Shown in pieces: positions 39,132-48,470 of a DNA stretch of 48,536 nt. The stretch lies in IMG/VR virus record IMGVR_UViG_3300009285_000015, positions 1 to 48,536 of that record. The stretch is one strand, 5' to 3'. This stretch comes from a virus. A program made the position numbers and the translations under genes. The stretch's first letter is position 1. Each line of letters begins with the position of its first letter. The notes under the pieces are model-generated. The model ran no database searches, was not told the origin of the DNA, and saw only the letters and a program-made list of their open reading frames with translations.

Positions 39132-40142
39132 TTATTGATCTCCAAAGCCCACGAGGTAATAGTGAGTCGGATCGGCTAGCGCACCGGCATCGTCTCTGCA
39201 GAAGACCGAGAACGACCCCGCTGTCTGCGTGGCGGAATCCATATAGATGATGCGAGCGCCACCGCCCCCCATAGCGACGACGACATAGGCCGTAGAAGAG
39301 AAATCTGTGGCGATGACAACATCCAGGTCTCCAACCCCAGCATCCCCGATGCTGGCGATGTTGTAAGACGAAGTGATTGTGCCATCCGCTGCGGCTTGCA
39401 GCCAGAACTTGGCGACGCCGGGGTGATACTGCGTACGCCCAGGAGTAGCCGCAACTGTGTTAGAAGTAGCTGTCTCCATTTCTGCTTGTGTAGCAGCCCC
39501 AACAAACGTGCTATCAGCATCAGGTAATGTATAAGTCCTATCAACAGTATTTGCATGAGTAAATAGAGCAGCAAAGCCTGCTCCCGACGTGGAAGAAAAC
39601 CGATACTTTTCATCTAAAGCAGCACCAGCAGCACGGAGAAGAATACTTAAGTAAGTATCCTCTGATCCTGCACCAATGTCAGTTGCAGCAAATTCAACCT
39701 GACCAAAGCTTGAGGGGTTTTCATCACCAGATTCAGCACTGAAGAGTAATCCAACACCAATGCCCGCAGCAGGAGCACCACTTGTAGTAGAGCGTATCTC
39801 ACCAGCTACATCTACACTATTAGTACGTGCATCCTCTGGAGCAGCATTCAGTAAGAAAGTAGCACCAAAGCTTGCTGCTCTAATGCCTCCTACAGCAACA
39901 TCAACAGTATCAGCAGTACTAGAATATATACCTGTATTAGTATCTCCAGTAAATGATACAGAAGGCGCAGATACAGCCCCAAGTGAGAGCCCAGTTAATA
40001 GGTTCCCCCCTGCTGCCATATTCCCTGTCCATGGAGAAACTAATGAAAGAGCACTTCCGTAAATCTGGTCAAACTCTCCTTCAATATCACTCTCTGTGAG
40101 AGTTGTTCCAGTATCAAATTGGTATAATCTTGTTAATGCCAA
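39132..40142 (-). CDS. Tail-fibre-like protein (336 aa)
   Basis: Gly/Ala/Thr/Ser-rich beta-type sequence. The N-terminal part is AT-rich like the backbone and the C-terminal part is GC-rich. Confidence 0.45.
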   Translation of the reverse strand: MALTRLYQFDTGTTLTESDIEGEFDQIYGSALSLVSPWTGNMAAGGNLLTGLSLGAVSAPSVSFTGDTNTGIYSSTADTVDVAVGGIRAASFGATFLLNAAPEDARTNSVDVAGEIRSTTSGAPAAGIGVGLLFSAESGDENPSSFGQVEFAATDIGAGSEDTYLSILLRAAGAALDEKYRFSSTSGAGFAALFTHANTVDRTYTLPDADSTFVGAATQAEMETATSNTVAATPGRTQYHPGVAKFWLQAAADGTITSSYNIASIGDAGVGDLDVVIATDFSSTAYVVVAMGGGGARIIYMDSATQTAGSFSVFCRDDAGALADPTHYYLVGFGDQ

Positions 40143-41726
40143 TTATGTAACCTCAAAGGAGAGAGATTCCCCAGGTTGATAGACAATAGCATATCCATAA
40201 AGCTCAAAATCTTGATTCACACCGCTTTGTGTCCACTGCGCATAAATGCTTCTACCCAGCTCTCCTATAGGAGTCGGAACAATCGTGGTGGCATTAGAAG
40301 CACCAATTAATGAAGTTCCAATAACGAATGTAGAACCAATCAAATCTCCGCTGCCCGCTAATAGGGAAACTGTATCTGATTGGATTCTAGTATCTACACC
40401 AATTTGAAGTGCAGCAGTATAATTTCCCATTGGCTTTACAATAGACACAATCCCCATAAATGATTTCTCATGTAACTCAGTTGCAGAATCACTCAAGCGA
40501 AGATGAGTTGGAGTTCGCACTCTTGCTGCATACCCTGTGTCAGCATTATCGTCAGCTAAAGTTGTTTGATCTCCTGACCTTAAGAAGCCATCATATGCTC
40601 CAAAATAAAGTCTAGGTTTCCCAGTTGATGGGGTTTTCAAAATAGCCACAGTTGATGGACCGAAGCCACCGAGTGTCCATGTAGCCCAAAATCCAGTTGC
40701 ATAGTTATAACAAAAAACTTGATTGTTACTAGAATTACTCCCAGTAGAGAATGTCCAACCAACGATGTTTCTATCTGGATGATAGAATCCTACAGCATAC
40801 GGGAGACGAGATTGATTGAGCGCCCTAAATTGATTCTGGATTGGATAGGATAAGAATGCTGCTTCAGTGTCTCCATATTTCTGTGTAGCACTTAAGGAAT
40901 GGATTCCAACATTGGAAACCCAATAAATGTCATTAGGTGTAGTAACAATCCCCCCATTCCCCTGACAAGGTAAACCAGTAAGAATCTTATCTTTTGTGAA
41001 AGTGGCCATTGTTGTACCAGAGATAGTGTGAATGCTTCCTTTATGTGGTCCTTTGAAGAAATAAAGCCTTTTAAAGAAGGGCTCTGATACTCCTATCAAC
41101 CTATCCCCATCATCTTCATCAAAGATAAAATTACCCGAATCTGCTCCACTCCAAGTTGTCACTCCTCCTGCTGCTGAATATGTACATTGTGAGGGCGTGG
41201 CTGGAATACCAATACCAAAGAGTCTCCGCAAATGATAAACAGATGCTGAGAAGTTTGGGGGAGTTCCAGCTAAAGCTTGAAACGTCGTTTGGTCCCAAGA
41301 GCGAGGAGCTTGATTTGCATTATTGGAGAAGATAGCCAGCCCTTCAGCAATAGTAATATCCGTTAAGGCAGTATTACTTCCAAACCCCGTTCCAAGTAAC
41401 TCATCCCATATTCCATCTCCATCATCTTTAACAATCTTATCAGCAACACAGGCCACAAACTTCTGTGTTGGAGATAAAGAGGCCCCGTGTCTCCAATAGT
41501 CAGCTACAGAAGTAAATACATCTGTCGCACCAGTTGTAGCAGCATTATACCTTGCAGTGCCTAATCTCTTCCTTAACGACACACGGGGAGTCTGCCCTGG
41601 AGCAAAGTGGAGAACGTATTCAATATTCTCTGCAATAGTAAGCCCCCCCGGAGCTACGAATGTGGCAGCTGCTTGAGTATCAAGCCCAGCAGTAAAGGGA
41701 TGAACAATGAATGCTTCAGGAGGCAT
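40143..41726 (-). CDS. Putative tail tubular/nozzle-type protein (527 aa)
   Basis: Position and size only, analogous to podovirus gp12-like proteins. Confidence 0.3.
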   Translation of the reverse strand: MPPEAFIVHPFTAGLDTQAAATFVAPGGLTIAENIEYVLHFAPGQTPRVSLRKRLGTARYNAATTGATDVFTSVADYWRHGASLSPTQKFVACVADKIVKDDGDGIWDELLGTGFGSNTALTDITIAEGLAIFSNNANQAPRSWDQTTFQALAGTPPNFSASVYHLRRLFGIGIPATPSQCTYSAAGGVTTWSGADSGNFIFDEDDGDRLIGVSEPFFKRLYFFKGPHKGSIHTISGTTMATFTKDKILTGLPCQGNGGIVTTPNDIYWVSNVGIHSLSATQKYGDTEAAFLSYPIQNQFRALNQSRLPYAVGFYHPDRNIVGWTFSTGSNSSNNQVFCYNYATGFWATWTLGGFGPSTVAILKTPSTGKPRLYFGAYDGFLRSGDQTTLADDNADTGYAARVRTPTHLRLSDSATELHEKSFMGIVSIVKPMGNYTAALQIGVDTRIQSDTVSLLAGSGDLIGSTFVIGTSLIGASNATTIVPTPIGELGRSIYAQWTQSGVNQDFELYGYAIVYQPGESLSFEVT

Positions 41727-41917
41727 TAGACACTAGCCCAAGCGCCACCTTGATATACTTGAACTGTGGCAGTGGTTGAATTATATAGTATCATGCCATT
41801 AACTGCTGTTAAATTATCTCGCTCAGTCGTAGTAAATGAAGGAAGAAGTACTAGTCCTATTTCATCTACATCTTGAGAGATTGGACTTTTGTGAAGCATA
41901 CCTACTGTTGGCATCAA
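41726..41917 (-). CDS. Hypothetical small virion-module protein (63 aa)
   Basis: Intact ORF with overlapping junctions on both sides. Confidence 0.4.
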   Translation of the reverse strand: MMPTVGMLHKSPISQDVDEIGLVLLPSFTTTERDNLTAVNGMILYNSTTATVQVYQGGAWASV

Positions 41918-42880
41918 TTACCACTCAGCAGGAAATCTATCAAAACTGGAGCCAAGATCAACCTGGGAAAGATTCCTTCTAGCATCCTTTGTATAAAACC
42001 TTCTATAAGAATCCTCAGGTTGAATAGTAGGCCGTCCTTCTTGCTCTCTCTGGACAGCTACCATCAGATTAAGCATGTCTGCAAACTTGGCTCCGTAATA
42101 ATTACCCCGCTCCACATCATTAAGCATGAGTGGAAAGCCATTAGCTAATGAGCCATATATAAGTACCTGTACATAATCATCTGGAATTAATGGCCTAGTT
42201 GTGCCACTCAATTCTGTATTCAATACTTGCTTATAATGAATCTCTAAGTGATAATCTTTATCAGGATAAGGATGGAAGATAATCCTTCTAGCAGTAGTAG
42301 GGTCCCCAGTGGTAGCAAAATCGTATACTGCATAAGCTTGGGGCTTATTCACTCTAGTATCATAGTTCTTGAGGTCAAGCATTCTTTCATAGCCTATGTC
42401 ATCTAGAGGCCAAGAATACCCAAAGCGCTTAACATGGATAAGAGTACCCAAATCAGTAGGGAGACTATAACTATCTTGATAAACATTGTAACTAGCAGTG
42501 GCATTAGTATCACCAGTATACACAGAATCTAACGTAGCAGCAGTGGCCCCAGCAGTATGAGCAGAAATGCGATAAGCAGCATTGCTATCGGCATTACCAG
42601 TAACCAAAAGGATTCTTCCAACTGTACTCGGAGTCGGTGCAGAACTGAATGTAATGTCTGTGCTTGCATTCGTAACACTCACAGTTCCCGTATTAATATC
42701 ATCGGAAGTGGTTAATGTACTTCTCTTTACACACCACCACCAATTATACTTCATATAAATGTCCCGATAGGTATCATTAATAATTGCTGCTACGCGAGTT
42801 GCTTGATCCGTATTCGTAGTTGGTATACGAAGGCGGTTCATAACACGAGTCTGTATATCTGTGAAATTTAAAGTAGCCAT
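41918..42880 (-). CDS. Putative adaptor/tail tubular A-type protein (320 aa)
   Basis: Position only. Confidence 0.3.
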   Translation of the reverse strand: MATLNFTDIQTRVMNRLRIPTTNTDQATRVAAIINDTYRDIYMKYNWWWCVKRSTLTTSDDINTGTVSVTNASTDITFSSAPTPSTVGRILLVTGNADSNAAYRISAHTAGATAATLDSVYTGDTNATASYNVYQDSYSLPTDLGTLIHVKRFGYSWPLDDIGYERMLDLKNYDTRVNKPQAYAVYDFATTGDPTTARRIIFHPYPDKDYHLEIHYKQVLNTELSGTTRPLIPDDYVQVLIYGSLANGFPLMLNDVERGNYYGAKFADMLNLMVAVQREQEGRPTIQPEDSYRRFYTKDARRNLSQVDLGSSFDRFPAEW

Positions 42881-42881
42881 A

Positions 42882-43070
42882 TTAATCTAAATCTTTATAA
42901 TGAGCCCAAGCACTCACGAGATGAAAAATAACTCCAAGGATCAACATACCCCCAATGAATCCATGATAAATGACTGCAAATCCAGGAGCGACTGGATGCG
43001 GGTCTCTCATAACTAAGCATCCTTTAACTCTATATGAGGAGAGTCTTTCCATTTCCAGTTCCCTCCCCAC
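42882..43070 (-). CDS. Small membrane protein (62 aa), lysis-cassette associated
   Basis: Hydrophobic stretch FAVIYHGFIGGMLILGVIFHLVSAW. It overlaps the endolysin 3' end. Confidence 0.4.
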   Translation of the reverse strand: MGRELEMERLSSYRVKGCLVMRDPHPVAPGFAVIYHGFIGGMLILGVIFHLVSAWAHYKDLD

Positions 43071-43399
43071 ACTAGTCCATGCTTCACAGCCAACTCACCA
43101 ACTGGTTTATACTCTTCAATATTCCAAGAAATCTTCCCGCCTATAACAACAGCAAAGTCAATAGCACGGGAAGGATAATAATTATGGTTGCTTACCTCAG
43201 TTACTCCATCACAGTTAGTAACTATATCTCCAGGCTTTGTTCTTCCTTGGGCAAATAATGCTTGCTGCTCTCCTTCGCTTCTATATGTACAGGTAATAAT
43301 TAACCCCTTACCTGGATTTTGCCCATTGTATTCATCAAGTATTCTTAACCAAGCAGATTGTAGCTCAGAATCTGCATCACCTAGAAATTTACTGGGCAT
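43013..43399 (-). CDS. Peptidase M15-family (L-alanyl-D-glutamate/D-Ala-D-Ala peptidase-like) endolysin (128 aa)
   Basis: EGEQQALFAQGRT, SNHNYYPSRAIDFAV (His...Asp) and GGNWKWKDSPHIEL (D..H) are zinc-ligand motifs of VanY/M15-type phage endolysins. Confidence 0.75.
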   Translation of the reverse strand: MPSKFLGDADSELQSAWLRILDEYNGQNPGKGLIITCTYRSEGEQQALFAQGRTKPGDIVTNCDGVTEVSNHNYYPSRAIDFAVVIGGKISWNIEEYKPVGELAVKHGLVWGGNWKWKDSPHIELKDA

Positions 43400-43586
43400 G
43401 CCCAGGGCCTACCCAAAAGAATCCTAGGTGTCTCCCCATAAATGCTGCATACCCCACAGGGTGATAAGCATGCCACACTCTATATCGCCAAGGAAGAGTT
43501 CTTGGTCTGCTGACCCATCCTACTCCAATGTCATAGTGTGGGGATTGAAACCGCAATAACCACTTATGACCTAGGAATTCTCTCAT
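43389..43586 (-). CDS. Hypothetical Trp/His-rich small protein (65 aa)
   Basis: Intact coupled ORF in the lysis cassette. Confidence 0.35.
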   Translation of the reverse strand: MREFLGHKWLLRFQSPHYDIGVGWVSRPRTLPWRYRVWHAYHPVGYAAFMGRHLGFFWVGPGHAQ

Positions 43587-43855
43587 GGTCTTGTGAATGT
43601 TTCATCCTCTCTTGGTCCGCGTTCCCAGTACCGACCGGTTAGTCCCAATGGTTCAAATAACCATTCGTACAAGAGAAATTCCCCTAGTGTGATTAATCCT
43701 GCCCAAGCAAAGGTCCATTTAACTCCAAGTATACTTAATACTATGAATGCTGGAACATAGCTTTCTAAAATTCTAGTTATAGAATGCCGTCGTCTTACAG
43801 GATCAAGCCATGCATCTACTATACGCTGTGGAGTCTCTAGAATAGCTTTCAGCAT
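43583..43855 (-). CDS. Membrane protein, holin/antiholin candidate (90 aa)
   Basis: Two hydrophobic segments (YVPAFIVLSILGV; AWAGLITLGEFLLYEWLF). Confidence 0.4.
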   Translation of the reverse strand: MLKAILETPQRIVDAWLDPVRRRHSITRILESYVPAFIVLSILGVKWTFAWAGLITLGEFLLYEWLFEPLGLTGRYWERGPREDETFTRP

Positions 43856-44347
43856 TTATTTAATGAGACAATCCTTAGCTGCTGATGCTGGATTCTTCCC
43901 ACCAACAATAGCTAAAGTAGTACAATTCTCTTCCTGAGCACTAATGAGCATGTTAAGCCAAGCTTGTTGTACTTCACTCAGTCCAAGAAATGCAGGCCGT
44001 GTAAGCATAACTCTTACAGGAGCAACAGGGAGTGGTGGTTTAGCTAACATAGCACAACCACTGAGAAGAACTGTCAGTAGAATTATACCAGTTCCTTTCT
44101 CCCACCATCCCTTAGAACCACGCTCAGGAGTTTTAGCTCGTTCAGTATCCAAAGCTCCCTTACCTTCTAGAACTCCCTTTTGAGCTTCCACTGTAGCTTC
44201 TAGCACAGCCTTTTCATCCCTCAATCGTTGATCTCTAGCAGCATCCCAGCGGAGCATAAGCTTTTCTCCGTATTTCTCAAAGAGCCCTTGAGCAGCTTCT
44301 ATGAGTTTTGGTAAGGCTCCCAAGAGAGCAGCTAGAATAGCTCCCAT
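43856..44347 (-). CDS. Spanin-like membrane protein with internal lipobox (163 aa)
   Basis: It has a hydrophobic N-terminus (MGAILAALLGAL), a charged helical middle, then KGTGIILLTVLLSGC, which looks like a lipoprotein signal peptide plus lipobox. A C-terminal region with two Cys follows. Confidence 0.4.
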   Translation of the reverse strand: MGAILAALLGALPKLIEAAQGLFEKYGEKLMLRWDAARDQRLRDEKAVLEATVEAQKGVLEGKGALDTERAKTPERGSKGWWEKGTGIILLTVLLSGCAMLAKPPLPVAPVRVMLTRPAFLGLSEVQQAWLNMLISAQEENCTTLAIVGGKNPASAAKDCLIK

Positions 44348-44535
44348 TACTTAGGCAGCTCAGTAGACTTCTTCTGACCCAGTGGTGACTTAGCAAGTGC
44401 AGTCACGATTGCAAGAACTGCTAGCAATAGTGAAGACATAACTGGGTTATTTGTGACTACACTCTGAACATCAGGAACAGCCGCAGTTAGTGCAGCCAAA
44501 AGGGCAGCTAGAATAGTTGGAATCCATTTTGCCAT
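44347..44535 (-). CDS. Holin candidate (62 aa, two TM segments, charged C-tail)
   Basis: IPTILAALLAALTAAV and SSLLLAVLAIVTAL precede KSPLGQKKSTELPK. Confidence 0.5.
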   Translation of the reverse strand: MAKWIPTILAALLAALTAAVPDVQSVVTNNPVMSSLLLAVLAIVTALAKSPLGQKKSTELPK

Positions 44536-44671
44536 TATATTATCCTTATTTAATTATAGAATGATTCTTGTTTCAATAACGAGATTTGGACGTATAAGCT
44601 TCCCAGTAAGTACTTCTGGTTCAACTTCTCCTGCATCATTCGTCCAAGCCCAAAACACAAGACGCAACATA

Positions 44672-46258
44672 TTACGGCCCGGCTGGGTCTACTTCAGAGA
44701 TAGGATTCCCCGCAGCAGTTGTAACCGCACCCGTCCACGAAGCAGTTGCATCGTCCTCTTTATATGCTGTCAAAGTTCCTGCTGCAATAGCTACACGGTT
44801 CCTAAGTGCTCGCAATGCTTGACGTGGCGTTCGCACTGTCGTTGAGCCACTATCCGTGCCAGTGCTCATATCACGGTCAAGAATAGCATCCGCAATTTCA
44901 TTTGCAGCGTCGGCTGCAAGTTCACTAGCTCCAATAGCATCAGCAGCAATTCCTGCCGCAGTAATAGCACCTGCTGCTACAGCCCCTACGCTTGCATCCA
45001 TTCGTCCAGCCACTAGTGCAGCCGGAATCCGTCCATCAAGCGTCGTACCCGTATCTGTAAGAATAGAGTCCGTGGTGGCAGGCAAATTTGCTGCATCCAG
45101 TTCAGCTAGACGGGCTTCAGTACAAACAGTTGCTAGTGCAAACCCTGTGGCTGTAATCCAAGTGGCATCTCCACGATCTCTTACAGCCTCTAGAGAATCA
45201 GTGGTTTGATCATAAGTAAAACTGCCAGCAGTCTTAGTTAACAATTCATGGAACACACTTCCAACAGTAGGCGGAGCCAGCCCATCAATATCGCTATCAG
45301 CATTTACCAGTTCATCAAGCCGTTGTGCCACCAGTGCGTCATCCACTTCACTTTGCACTTCAGCGTCCCAAGCAGCATTCCACGGAATTGCTGTTAATGA
45401 AGTACCAGTTCCAGCACCCAGTGCATCATCTACTTCACTCTCTACTTCCGCATCCCAAGCTGCGTTCCAAGGAATACCAGTTAAGCCAGCACCAGCAATG
45501 CCAATATCATCAGTTTGTGCCTCAATTGCAATAATGTCTGCTGCAATGGTAGCACCAGCGGCACCGGTTACTACTGCTCCATAAATAGTATTACTATCAG
45601 CAACGGGATCGCCAATTGCTTGACCAAATGTACCAAGCGTTTGATGCCCAGTAGCATCTTCATCCCATACACCATCGGCAATCTCAGCTACAGCATCCGC
45701 TGCGAGGGCATCAGCATCAATGGCGTTCGTAGCAATACTAGTAGCCGTAATCCCACCAGCAGCAACCGATCCAACTGCACCGCTGACACTGGCTACCACT
45801 TGGTCTACATCAATATTCGTTGCGCTAAGATTCTGTGCTGTAGTAGGACTGCCAATGTTGGCCCAATCTATTCCAGCTTCTCCGGCTGCTGTAACGTCGA
45901 GTGTCCGTCCTGCTGTGGTTGGTCGTATGGCAGAGCGGGCTTCAATACTAAATTCTGCAACAACATACCCAACAACGGAGATACCATCAACTGTTCCAGT
46001 TGTAATAACGAGTTGATAATTGGTGGCCGTAGCATATCCATTAGCACCCGTTGCTACCACGCGGATGTTATGCATGCCCGTGCGAGAATCAAAGCCAACG
46101 GTAAGTGTAATGCCCGCTGTCAATTCTGTGGTACTATTATCCGGATATGCCGAAATGACTGGGGTTCCTGCTAATGTTACCGGCAGGCCAGTACTATCAA
46201 TCGTTGTAAACTTGGTATCGAATGTCGATCCAAGAGCAAAATCCCCAATGTATGCCAT
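44672..46258 (-). CDS. Tail fibre / receptor-binding protein with internal repeats (528 aa)
   Basis: Ala/Thr/Gly/Asp-rich sequence with a tandem 29-aa repeat (IPWNAAWDAEV.SEVDDAL) and a dispersed repeat (A.DA..EIAD). Confidence 0.6.
   Translation of the reverse strand: MAYIGDFALGSTFDTKFTTIDSTGLPVTLAGTPVISAYPDNSTTELTAGITLTVGFDSRTGMHNIRVVATGANGYATATNYQLVITTGTVDGISVVGYVVAEFSIEARSAIRPTTAGRTLDVTAAGEAGIDWANIGSPTTAQNLSATNIDVDQVVASVSGAVGSVAAGGITATSIATNAIDADALAADAVAEIADGVWDEDATGHQTLGTFGQAIGDPVADSNTIYGAVVTGAAGATIAADIIAIEAQTDDIGIAGAGLTGIPWNAAWDAEVESEVDDALGAGTGTSLTAIPWNAAWDAEVQSEVDDALVAQRLDELVNADSDIDGLAPPTVGSVFHELLTKTAGSFTYDQTTDSLEAVRDRGDATWITATGFALATVCTEARLAELDAANLPATTDSILTDTGTTLDGRIPAALVAGRMDASVGAVAAGAITAAGIAADAIGASELAADAANEIADAILDRDMSTGTDSGSTTVRTPRQALRALRNRVAIAAGTLTAYKEDDATASWTGAVTTAAGNPISEVDPAGP
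45336..45484 (-). repeat. Tandem 87-nt (29-codon) repeat inside the fibre gene
   Basis: 45336-45397 and 45423-45484 encode LT(A/G)IPWNAAWDAEV(Q/E)SEVDDAL. The copies differ mainly at synonymous positions. Confidence 0.8.
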
Positions 46259-46394
46259 TAAGAAACTATAGCTCCGCTACGAGAACCTGCAACCCCTGTG
46301 CATCCTGTACCAGTCGATTGCTCGTCCAGGAGTAATTTGTCCCCCGTTTCCATCAAACAAACATCTCCAGTTTCTAGGAGAAGGTTACTCATTG

Positions 46395-46991
46395 TTAAGC
46401 TGTCCGCTTCCACATATAAACAACGATATAAGGCTGGACGTTGGCGTGCGCGCCACCGCCACCCGCGTTCTGGTTCACCGCCGTCGCATTCTGGTTGACA
46501 GCGGTGGCGTTTTCCGTATTCACAGTCGTGTCAACCGTGGACGTGGTATCGTTGGTGCGTGCAATCCGTGTGGTAGCGCTCCCCGTCGTGCCGCTTCGCT
46601 CTCTCAGTGTCTGATGGAGGTGGGCGTTCTGCGTGTGTGTATGCGCGTCTTGGATATGTGTATGCGCTGGAATCTCCGCCGTTGCGAGCGTGACCGTTTT
46701 CGCCCCGCCCGTTTCCTCCACGACATCAAAATCAGCATCACCACTGTCCAATCCAACAAGTACTCTTCCCGCAGCGAATGCAGACCAAGTTCCAAACCCT
46801 AACAATGTAGCTGGGTCTGTACTAACAACAGCAGTAAATACACTGCCAATTGGCCACGCAAGAGCCAAGACAGTTGTTAGAGTAACTTTCTTTGTTACTG
46901 GGGTCCCACTGGGATCATCTACAGATGCCAACAAATCTTCACCAGCAGGTGCTGCATTGGCTGTTAGAGCACTAATTTTTGTGTCAGCCAT
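46395..46991 (-). CDS. Phage tail-collar-domain fibre protein (198 aa)
   Basis: N-terminal MADTKISALT...PVTKKVTL is fibre-like. EIPAHTHIQDAHTHTQNAHLH and GGGGAHANVQPYIVVYMWKRT match the tail-collar domain pattern (lP.H.H ... N.QPy). Confidence 0.7.
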   Translation of the reverse strand: MADTKISALTANAAPAGEDLLASVDDPSGTPVTKKVTLTTVLALAWPIGSVFTAVVSTDPATLLGFGTWSAFAAGRVLVGLDSGDADFDVVEETGGAKTVTLATAEIPAHTHIQDAHTHTQNAHLHQTLRERSGTTGSATTRIARTNDTTSTVDTTVNTENATAVNQNATAVNQNAGGGGAHANVQPYIVVYMWKRTA

Positions 46992-47983
46992 TAGCTAATA
47001 ACAAAGCCTCCTGCAATGCGCGAACGGAATCCACCCCCAGGCGCCGCCACGTCATCAGCCTGCCAATTGTCCAGTTGCCTTCCGGCTCCACCACTGTCCG
47101 CAAACATCCCCGAAACGCCGGTCGTCAGTGCCGTATTAGTCACCGTCCCCTGTGAGACATCATTCTTGTAAACCGTAAGGGTCGAGCCCGATACGGCCAG
47201 CTTCATCACATCGGTTGAGATGAACGTAATGTTCGTCGTCAAGAGGAGAGTAAATGCGTCATTGACGATTTTCTGAATGCTGTTGGTCCCCGAGATATTG
47301 AGGCTCCACAGGTACATATCTAATTGAGTCGCCGTTCGAACACGCACTGCTGGCCCCTTTGTGCTGCTCGCGGTGCTGCCCGAGGTGAGTTGAGTATAGT
47401 GATCAGTGGAAAACGCATCGGCATTCCAGTATGCAGCACAATCCTCTCCTCCAGTTACGGCGTCAACGGCATTACTGACTATTTTCAGCCCGGCGAAGGC
47501 TCCTGGCGCGGTCGTCCAGTTCCCTGCCAATGGGTTTTCATCGGCCCGGTTAAAGTTATCGGTGGCTGGGAGGGCACCGACCGCGCCATGACGCCAGCGC
47601 ATGAGAAGCCCGCCAAGGTAAATTTCCATCAAGCCACGATGATTAACTTGAAGGGGCTTCCAGCGTGTCCCATCAGTCCGGGCGTGGAATGTAAGGAGTT
47701 CCGCCACGACCTCCTTAAATTGCGTCTGCCCAAGCGTCAGGTTTAGAAGATTTTGAAGGCGATTCTGAACGACCAGCCCCAACGTCTCATCGAGATCGTC
47801 GGCCAACTGGTTCAATTGCGGATCAGTGTTATGAACTGGAAGGTGAAGTAAGCATCGTCCAGTCAGAATGGACCCATCTGGTCGGAGGTCGATAGCCGAC
47901 CATCCGGGCTGATCGCTGCCAAATGGCCGAAAGGGATCGAGTCTCGTTCCGGTCCCTATGTAAGGCGAGATGTAGTAAGGCAC
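46991..47983 (-). CDS. Putative receptor-binding/jelly-roll (lectin-like) virion protein (330 aa)
   Basis: The C-terminal half (DNFNRADENPLAGNWTT...GLKIVSNAV...YW) resembles concanavalin/LamG-like domains (from memory). It is a GC-rich gene in the fibre cluster. Confidence 0.35.
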   Translation of the reverse strand: MPYYISPYIGTGTRLDPFRPFGSDQPGWSAIDLRPDGSILTGRCLLHLPVHNTDPQLNQLADDLDETLGLVVQNRLQNLLNLTLGQTQFKEVVAELLTFHARTDGTRWKPLQVNHRGLMEIYLGGLLMRWRHGAVGALPATDNFNRADENPLAGNWTTAPGAFAGLKIVSNAVDAVTGGEDCAAYWNADAFSTDHYTQLTSGSTASSTKGPAVRVRTATQLDMYLWSLNISGTNSIQKIVNDAFTLLLTTNITFISTDVMKLAVSGSTLTVYKNDVSQGTVTNTALTTGVSGMFADSGGAGRQLDNWQADDVAAPGGGFRSRIAGGFVIS

Positions 47984-48005
47984 CTAGTTTCTATACTCCA
48001 CAGTA

Positions 48006-48470
48006 TTATAAACTTGCCACGTCTGCTTTCATTGCCGCTAACCGCGCCTCAGCTTTCTTAATCCGCTCAGCATATTTAGCTTCCAATTGCGCCATTTCAG
48101 CTTCACGAACTTTATACCGTTTGTCAGTATTTATAGTAAATTCTTGATATGCACTTTGAGCAGTTTTCAGAGCTTGCTTGGCAGTTCCAGTCTCTTCTTC
48201 AAGCTTTATCAACTCTTCAGTCATAGCCAAGTGTTTAGCTTCAAACTTTTCACGAAGCTCCTTTTCAGCCGTGACCCACCCAACCCGGCGTTCATCAATC
48301 TCCTTAACAAGCTGATCCCGCTGAGCACGGAAGGAAGTTACTTGCGTTGCAATTCCATCCCGCTCCTGTTCAGCCCGCTGAAGGAGTTCCACAGCCGCGT
48401 TGGCATCTCGATAAACTTCATACTCCTTAGCGGCCCGCTGTAACAGGACCGCAACGCCCTTCCAATCCAT
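48006..48470 (-). CDS. Coiled-coil protein (154 aa); its start codon lies in the terminal repeat
   Basis: Glu/Lys/Ala/Gln-rich heptad-like sequence. On the circular map it follows the 21..350 gene by 9 nt. Confidence 0.5.
   Translation of the reverse strand: MDWKGVAVLLQRAAKEYEVYRDANAAVELLQRAEQERDGIATQVTSFRAQRDQLVKEIDERRVGWVTAEKELREKFEAKHLAMTEELIKLEEETGTAKQALKTAQSAYQEFTINTDKRYKVREAEMAQLEAKYAERIKKAEARLAAMKADVASL

Noticed and set aside
46395-46560. Diversity-generating retroelement target (duplicated NATAVNQ coding repeat at the 3' end of the tail-collar gene)
   Set aside because: The window has no reverse-transcriptase gene and no separate template repeat. The duplication is a simple 21-nt tandem repeat.
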